DNA of 64,000 nucleotides, from NCBI GenBank assembly GCA_020348925.1, contig CP070758.1, positions 434,001 through 498,000 on the forward strand, given 5' to 3'. Made by a program: the position numbers and the translations under genes. This stretch comes from Gemmatimonadota bacterium (lineage in GTDB: Bacteria; JBHIER01; G020348925). A model generated the notes under the pieces. The model had not been told where the DNA came from, made no database searches, and saw nothing but the letters and a program-made list of their open reading frames with translations. Of this stretch, positions 58,645-64,000 are shown one piece after another (position 1 is the first letter of the stretch; every line of letters starts with the position of its first letter).

Positions 58645-58688
58645 GTGGTCCGTGCACGGTGTCCACTAATTGAAAGGAGGAGATGAAC

Positions 58689-59114
58689 ATGGCACGAGGA
58701 ACAGTAAATAAGGCTATCCTGATCGGTCGCCTTGGAGCCGATCCTGAAATTCGCTACACACCCAGTGGACGGGCAGTGACAAATTTCCGCATAGCCACCA
58801 ACGAAATCTGGAGGGACAAAGAAGGTCAACAGCAAGATCGAACCGAGTGGCATAGTATCGTCTTGTGGGATAAGTTGGCAGAAATCAGTGCCGAGTATCT
58901 GAAAAAAGGGAGCCACGTCTACGTTGAAGGCCGTCTCCAGACACGAACCTGGGAGGGGCAGGATGGCGTCCAGAGGCGGACAACAGAGATTGTCGCGCTA
59001 CGAATGCAAATGCTGGACAAGAAAGGGGCTGAGTCCGAAGGACCCTTTGCCCCGGGCGAGCCGCCTGTCGATGAGGGTCCGGCTGCGAGTGAGGAAGATG
59101 ACCTTCCATTCTAA
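58689..59114 (+). CDS. ssb: Single-stranded DNA-binding protein
   Basis: [31 protein letters not shown] tail. Confidence 0.98.
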   Translation: MARGTVNKAILIGRLGADPEIRYTPSGRAVTNFRIATNEIWRDKEGQQQDRTEWHSIVLWDKLAEISAEYLKKGSHVYVEGRLQTRTWEGQDGVQRRTTEIVALRMQMLDKKGAESEGPFAPGEPPVDEGPAASEEDDLPF

Positions 59115-59149
59115 GAGACAGTTGTGATCCAACAGCGCTGAGATCCATC

Positions 59150-59632
59150 ATGAAGAATACAAGGATACCCAGAATTTGGCGCCTGCTGAAAGCGAAAACC
59201 ATCGCTCTTGACCTCAGTGAAAGAATAAAGGAAAAGGCCATTGAGGAACTGATCGACCTTTTGGTCGAGGCGAAGCTGCTTCCAGACAAAACAAGAGCTT
59301 TGGAAAATGTCTTAAAACGGGAGGAGATGATCAGCACGGGCATCGGTGAAGGTGTGGCCCTGCCACACGCCAAGTACGATAAGATAACTCAGCCTCTTCT
59401 CGCTTTGGGAAGATCCGAAGAGGGGTTAAAGTTCGACTCCCTGGATGGGAAAAAAGTACATTTGGTCTTTTTACTGTTATCGCCACAGGATGATCCTGCG
59501 AAATACGTCAAACTTTTAGGTAAAATAGCGAGGCTCTTGGATAGTAAAGAACTGAGGGATGCTGTCCGAAAAGCCGAGTCGCAACAGGAAATCATAGAAA
59601 CGATCAAGGAAGCGGAGAGGAGACTGCGGTAA
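59150..59632 (+). CDS. PTS IIA (fructose/Ntr-type) domain protein
   Basis: RE..STGIGEGVALPHA, FDSLDGK. Confidence 0.93.
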   Translation: MKNTRIPRIWRLLKAKTIALDLSERIKEKAIEELIDLLVEAKLLPDKTRALENVLKREEMISTGIGEGVALPHAKYDKITQPLLALGRSEEGLKFDSLDGKKVHLVFLLLSPQDDPAKYVKLLGKIARLLDSKELRDAVRKAESQQEIIETIKEAERRLR

Positions 59633-59659
59633 CTGCGGATCTCTCAAGCGATGGGACGT

Positions 59660-59688
59660 AAAAGCGTATCATTGCGATACGCTTTTTT
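59660..59688 (+). terminator. Rho-independent (possibly bidirectional) terminator
   Basis: aaaagcgtatc-attgc-gatacgctttt plus further T. Confidence 0.85.
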
Positions 59689-59760
59689 CATGTTGATGAA
59701 AATCTCTCCCTTTCCCGAACCCCACTTTGGGAACAGAGACCTCACAGAAAGGAGTGAGAA

Positions 59761-60960
59761 TTGAAACGCAAAAGAAATTTACCGATTGTCCTTTTCTCCC
59801 TGTTCCTGTTCTCCGTCCTCCTTTCCTCAGGTTCTGCCCAACAAAGGGAAACCCGCCCCCGTGCCAGGGATTTAGGCATCGAGATCGGAATAGTCCAACC
59901 CGGACCGAACAATGCCATAACCGATGTTGAAGGAGTAAAGGTCGGCCACACCACCTTGATCCAGGGCGAAAATGTTCGAACAGGGGCCACGGCCATCCTG
60001 CCCCACGGCGGAAACATCTTTCAGGAAAAGGTACCGGCGGCCGTTTATGTGGGCAACGGTTTCGGCAAGGCCACGGGGTTTACCCAGATTGAGGAGCTGG
60101 GTGAGATCGAGACGCCCATTATTCTGACGAACACTCTGAGCGTACCGACAGCAGCACAGGCCGTCATCGAATACACGCTCGGCCTCCCGGGCAACGAAGA
60201 GATTCGCTCGGTCAACGCCGTCGTCGGGGAGACGAACGACGGCTGGCTGAACGACATGCGCGGCCGTCACGTCATGCAAAACCATGTCCTGGAAGCCATT
60301 CTGTACGCCCATGCCGGTCCGGTGGAGGAGGGTTCTGTCGGTGCAGGGACAGGAACGCACTGTCTCGGCTTCAAGGGCGGCATCGGCACATCGTCGCGGA
60401 TTCTGCCCGAGTCCCAAGGTGGACATACGATAGGCGTTCTGGTTCAAACCAATTTCGGTGGCATTCTTCAAATCAACGGTGCACCGGTCGGTCGGGAGCT
60501 GGGTCGATTCTACATGAGCGAACACGTGCCATACAAAACGGACGGATCGTGCATGATCGTCGTGGCCACCGATGCACCGCTCGCTTCAAGGAACTTGAAG
60601 CGTCTGGCCCAACGGGCCATGCTCGGGCTGGCCCGCACCGGCACCTTCAGCGGCAACGGCAGCGGGGATTACGTCATCGCCTTCTCCACCCATACATCGG
60701 GCCGAAGACCCTACAAATCTGGGGAGAAAAGCCGTCAGGTCGAGCTGTTGCACAACGACGCCATGTCCCCCCTTTTTCTGGCCGTGGTGGAGGCCACCGA
60801 GGAAGCCGTTTACAATTCAATGTTCAAGGCCACAACCATCGCCGGCCGCGACGGCCACAAAGAGGAAGCAATACCTATCGATAGAGTAATTGAGATTTGT
60901 AAAAAATACAATGTGCTCAATTGGAACAAGAAGTTACCATCCTGGAAGAAAGGAGAATGA
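59761..60960 (+). CDS. DmpA-like P1/S58 aminopeptidase (secreted)
   Basis: NAITDV.GVKVGH, NGFGK, GETNDG, DGSCMIVVATDAP autoprocessing site, GSGDY. Confidence 0.93.
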   Translation: MKRKRNLPIVLFSLFLFSVLLSSGSAQQRETRPRARDLGIEIGIVQPGPNNAITDVEGVKVGHTTLIQGENVRTGATAILPHGGNIFQEKVPAAVYVGNGFGKATGFTQIEELGEIETPIILTNTLSVPTAAQAVIEYTLGLPGNEEIRSVNAVVGETNDGWLNDMRGRHVMQNHVLEAILYAHAGPVEEGSVGAGTGTHCLGFKGGIGTSSRILPESQGGHTIGVLVQTNFGGILQINGAPVGRELGRFYMSEHVPYKTDGSCMIVVATDAPLASRNLKRLAQRAMLGLARTGTFSGNGSGDYVIAFSTHTSGRRPYKSGEKSRQVELLHNDAMSPLFLAVVEATEEAVYNSMFKATTIAGRDGHKEEAIPIDRVIEICKKYNVLNWNKKLPSWKKGE

Positions 60961-60962
60961 AA

Positions 60963-61373
60963 ATGAGTGTCTATTCGAAAGAGTTGTCCGTACCTTCCCG
61001 GAAGCGGGTTGAGCTCTTATCGATGACAAGTCAGGTCGGCTCGGTCGTCTCCGAGAGCAAGATTAAGACTGGTATCTGTCTGCTTTTCTCACCGCACACG
61101 ACCACGGCCATTTTTACAAATGAGAACGAGAGCAACCTATTGGCGGATATAGAGGAGGCCTTGGAGAAGTTGATCCCCGTCGGTGGCTCTTATCGACACA
61201 ACCGGATCGATTCCAACTCCGACGCTCACTTGCGGGGAATCCTCGTATCAAACAGTCTGACCGTCCCGATTGAAGGCGGCAGCCTCGCCCTCGGAACCTG
61301 GCAGACCATCTTCTTCGCCGACTTCGACGGCCCGAGGCATCGGAGGGTGAAGGTTACGGTTGTGGGGGAGTAA
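60963..61373 (+). CDS. yjbQ: YjbQ/UPF0047 protein
   Basis: PHTTTAI..NENE, NSDAHL, LGTWQ.IF..FDGPR. Confidence 0.93.
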   Translation: MSVYSKELSVPSRKRVELLSMTSQVGSVVSESKIKTGICLLFSPHTTTAIFTNENESNLLADIEEALEKLIPVGGSYRHNRIDSNSDAHLRGILVSNSLTVPIEGGSLALGTWQTIFFADFDGPRHRRVKVTVVGE

Positions 61374-61506
61374 GAGGGTTGCGTACCAGGTGCCCTCGAA
61401 TCCTTCTGTCAATCCGACTGAGGGGGTGAAATCTCCAACCGGCAACAATACAGATCACTCGATTCCGCTCGACGTGGCAGGAGAGGATTGTGTATGATGG
61501 TTTTCC

Positions 61507-61635
61507 TCACCGCTGCCTTTGCGACCATTTGCGGCGGTCGGATTTGAGGCGGGATTTGAGCTTCCTGAAAAGAAGCCGCTCCTTCTTCTGCTTCGGGACG
61601 ACACTCACCTTCTGCCTGTTGTCAATCTTTCTCAT
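61507..61635 (-). CDS. Putative 42-aa highly basic small protein
   Basis: MRKIDNRQKVSVVPKQKKERLLFRKLKSRLKSDRRKWSQRQR; ATGA overlap with the symporter stop; purine-rich upstream sequence. Confidence 0.5.
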   Translation of the reverse strand: MRKIDNRQKVSVVPKQKKERLLFRKLKSRLKSDRRKWSQRQR

Positions 61636-63062
61636 CCCTCTTTCCCCTTGAAGAACGGTCTCCATTTTTTCTCATCCGGCGGTGAACTCAACAGACTCAA
61701 GACAACCAAAAGAAGGATCGAACAGAAGAGGGCGGGATAGACGGCAGGCAGACCAAGTAGAAAATGGCCCTGCACCTTCCTGATGACCTCCCAAACAATC
61801 GTCACAATCATTCCGGCAAAGATAGAGATTGTGCCGGCCATGGGGGTTGCTCGTTTCCAGAAAAACGTGGCCAACAAAGCCGGTGTGATCCCCGCCCCAT
61901 AGACCGTGTAGGCGGCATACGCGGCATCAAGGATACGAGGGAAAAAAGATATGAGGGAATAAGAGCAAAATCCTAAAATAATAACCACAATACGGGAATA
62001 GAGCACCATCTTTCTATCCGAAACACCGGGGTTAATAAAACGCTGATAAATGTCGCGCATGATATTCGTGGCAGGCACCAAAAGGAAACTGTTGGCCGTT
62101 GAAATAATGATGGCCACGATGGAGGCAATTAAAATACACCCTATAGCCACCGGAACACCCTTGTGGGCTACAAGGAGAATAATCTTCCCCGATTCTGCCG
62201 TACTGAGACCTTTGAAGTAGCTCGAGCCGACGACGGCCAGCGTCTGCAGTGCAATACCCAGAAGAATGACCCCGATCACCCAACCGACAACAGCCTTCCT
62301 CGCCTCCCTGGGACTCTTCGCCGAAAAGAACCGCTGATACATATTACCGTTCCCCAAAGCCAGGAGGAGCGTTGGTACGAAGTACCCCATGGCCCGCACC
62401 AGCGACATGTTGCCCAGAAAAGCATGCTTTCGAGGCGTGACATTGGCCACAATCTGCTCCATACCCCCCACGTGACTTATGAGAAAAGGAATAGCCAGAA
62501 AGACACCACCTATTATAATGAGACCGTTGATGACATCGAGATAGGCCACAGAGATCATTCCCGCCGTGAGCGTATAAAAGACGACAAAGGCGGCCACCAG
62601 GATCATGGCCGTCTCCACCCCCACCCTGCCGTCGGAGATAATATTGAGGACCCAACCTCCGCCGCGAAACTGGTAGCTGACAATGGTAACATAAGCAATT
62701 ATAGTCGTCACCGTGGCCAGCAGCCTGGCCCATTGATTGTACCGTACCTCCAGAATATCAGGAACCGTATACTGTCCGAATTCCCGCACCCGACCGGCGA
62801 TGAAAAAGACAATTATGATTCCTATCCACCCTCCAGCACTCCCGATTAATGAGGAATAGCCGTGATGGTAGCTCAAGTCAGCGACACTGAAGATGTCGCC
62901 GGAGCCGATCCACGTAGCCAGAAGTGTCCCCACAAGGATTGGGGCCGTCAGTCTCCTTCCGGCCACCATAAAATCCTCCTGCGTCCTGGCCCGGAAGGAG
63001 AGCATCACCCCCACGGTGAAGAGGACGATGAGATAAGCGACAATTGTGTATAAATGGGTCAT
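61632..63062 (-). CDS. Sodium:solute symporter family protein
   Basis: DFMVAGR, ATWIGSG, TVPDILE.RY, YQRFFSAK, IISTANSFL. Confidence 0.95.
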   Translation of the reverse strand: MTHLYTIVAYLIVLFTVGVMLSFRARTQEDFMVAGRRLTAPILVGTLLATWIGSGDIFSVADLSYHHGYSSLIGSAGGWIGIIIVFFIAGRVREFGQYTVPDILEVRYNQWARLLATVTTIIAYVTIVSYQFRGGGWVLNIISDGRVGVETAMILVAAFVVFYTLTAGMISVAYLDVINGLIIIGGVFLAIPFLISHVGGMEQIVANVTPRKHAFLGNMSLVRAMGYFVPTLLLALGNGNMYQRFFSAKSPREARKAVVGWVIGVILLGIALQTLAVVGSSYFKGLSTAESGKIILLVAHKGVPVAIGCILIASIVAIIISTANSFLLVPATNIMRDIYQRFINPGVSDRKMVLYSRIVVIILGFCSYSLISFFPRILDAAYAAYTVYGAGITPALLATFFWKRATPMAGTISIFAGMIVTIVWEVIRKVQGHFLLGLPAVYPALFCSILLLVVLSLLSSPPDEKKWRPFFKGKEG

Positions 63063-63067
63063 ATTGA

Positions 63068-63139
63068 GTTACGTCGTTCGGTTACGGTGACGAGGCCTGT
63101 TTCGTACGAAGCACGCTTCGTTGAACGGTTACGGTGACG
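63068..63139. repeat. Dispersed short repeat, family C copy 2
   Basis: cggttacggtgacg occurs twice; acgaagcacgcttcgtt matches 9888-9904 at 16/17. Confidence 0.65.
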
Positions 63140-63214
63140 TTCCACCCTTGATCGCCCGGTATATGTACGTCGGGAAAATAATATTACAGGTGTGTATCCC
63201 TAATACGATTGCAA

Positions 63215-64000
63215 TCAACCAGGACTCTCCTCAACCATTTCTACCACTGGCTCCGCCTCCTTCAAGGTCTTGCTTTCCTTACGAACAACAAAGAAGAACC
63301 CCCCTATAAGGCTGACCGCAAGGGTAATTGCGTAGACCAGAAGGGCCAGGGAGAGGGCTTCGGCAGAACTCCTCTCTATTCTGGCCAACAGGAATACATA
63401 TCCCCCCTCTCTGAGACCAACGGCATTAATGGAAATCGGAATGAAGCCGACCAATCCAATCAGCGGCACAAATAATAAGAAATAGTAGAATTTAACGCCC
63501 AGCCCGAGAGTCAGGCTCACACAATAGACAAAGACCGCATTCATCAACTGATACACGATCGAAACAAAAAAGACGCCGCCCAGGGCATTCTTTGAGTCAC
63601 GGTAGAGTTTGAGACATCCGTGTAACTTTTTTATCCGCCGACCAAATTCGAGAAACTGAATTTCTTGAATCCATCTTTTCAGACCCCCCAAAGGCAAATC
63701 GTAAAATATCGAAACGAAAAGTATGAGTAAAAATCCCAGAAACACAAACACGACCAGAAAAAGCCTGGGCTTATAATCGATTCTTCCAACAAGGAGTAAT
63801 CCGATAAGGGCTAAGAAGACGATGGCAGTGAGCCCTATCACTCGCTCCATGAGCACTGACGCGGCGGACTCGGCCCTCCGCCCGCTCTTTCGGGCCAGAT
63901 CAAGGGTCCGCACAATATCCCCACCGATACTTGTGGGCAAAAAATTGTTGACGAAAAAACCGATGAAATAGTAGATCACCAGGCTGTGAACGGAAACCTT
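63215..64000 (-). CDS. Lysylphosphatidylglycerol-synthase TM / flippase-like membrane protein (5' end outside window)
   Basis: NNFLPTSIGGDIVR, ER..GL, PISINAVGLREG; frame open to the window edge. Confidence 0.9.
   Translation of the reverse strand, partial: KVSVHSLVIYYFIGFFVNNFLPTSIGGDIVRTLDLARKSGRRAESAASVLMERVIGLTAIVFLALIGLLLVGRIDYKPRLFLVVFVFLGFLLILFVSIFYDLPLGGLKRWIQEIQFLEFGRRIKKLHGCLKLYRDSKNALGGVFFVSIVYQLMNAVFVYCVSLTLGLGVKFYYFLLFVPLIGLVGFIPISINAVGLREGGYVFLLARIERSSAEALSLALLVYAITLAVSLIGGFFFVVRKESKTLKEAEPVVEMVEESPG

Overview
Bacterial genomic DNA from a diderm organism, most likely an uncultured FCB-group lineage (KSB1/Zixibacteria/Latescibacteria/TA06-like). This is inferred from TonB receptors, Omp85-like barrels and repeated 'QNYPNPFN' T9SS/FlgD-type C-terminal domains; no marker gene is present to confirm it. 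Two 100-N spacers (32497-32596, 39233-39332) split the window into three blocks whose adjacency is unproven. Block 1 holds a dinB-Mth938-mazG-radical SAM repair operon, nfo, two M1 aminopeptidases, several hydrolases, an nfeD-SPFH-hgcA-hgcB cluster (mercury methylation genes), HU/IHF, RNase D and a C69 dipeptidase. Blocks 2-3 hold a dense cluster of secreted multidomain proteins: two C1A, one M6 and one M14 peptidase, an esterase, and LRR, FG-GAP and TolB-like proteins. Seven of them carry dockerin modules and one also carries a cohesin-like module. They sit next to a TonB receptor/DUF4249 pair, and together they are the best candidate for an undescribed system: a cellulosome-like protein-degrading assembly with an uptake locus. 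Features the ORF track missed or mis-called include a Uxx-star selenoprotein with a SECIS hairpin, a 42-aa very basic small ORF, a template-switch insertion breaking a hydrolase gene, a sigma-54 promoter, a candidate SOS box, paired DnaA boxes and several REP-like repeat families. No rRNA, tRNA, CRISPR array or intact transposase was seen. All calls come from motif recognition by eye, without database searches.
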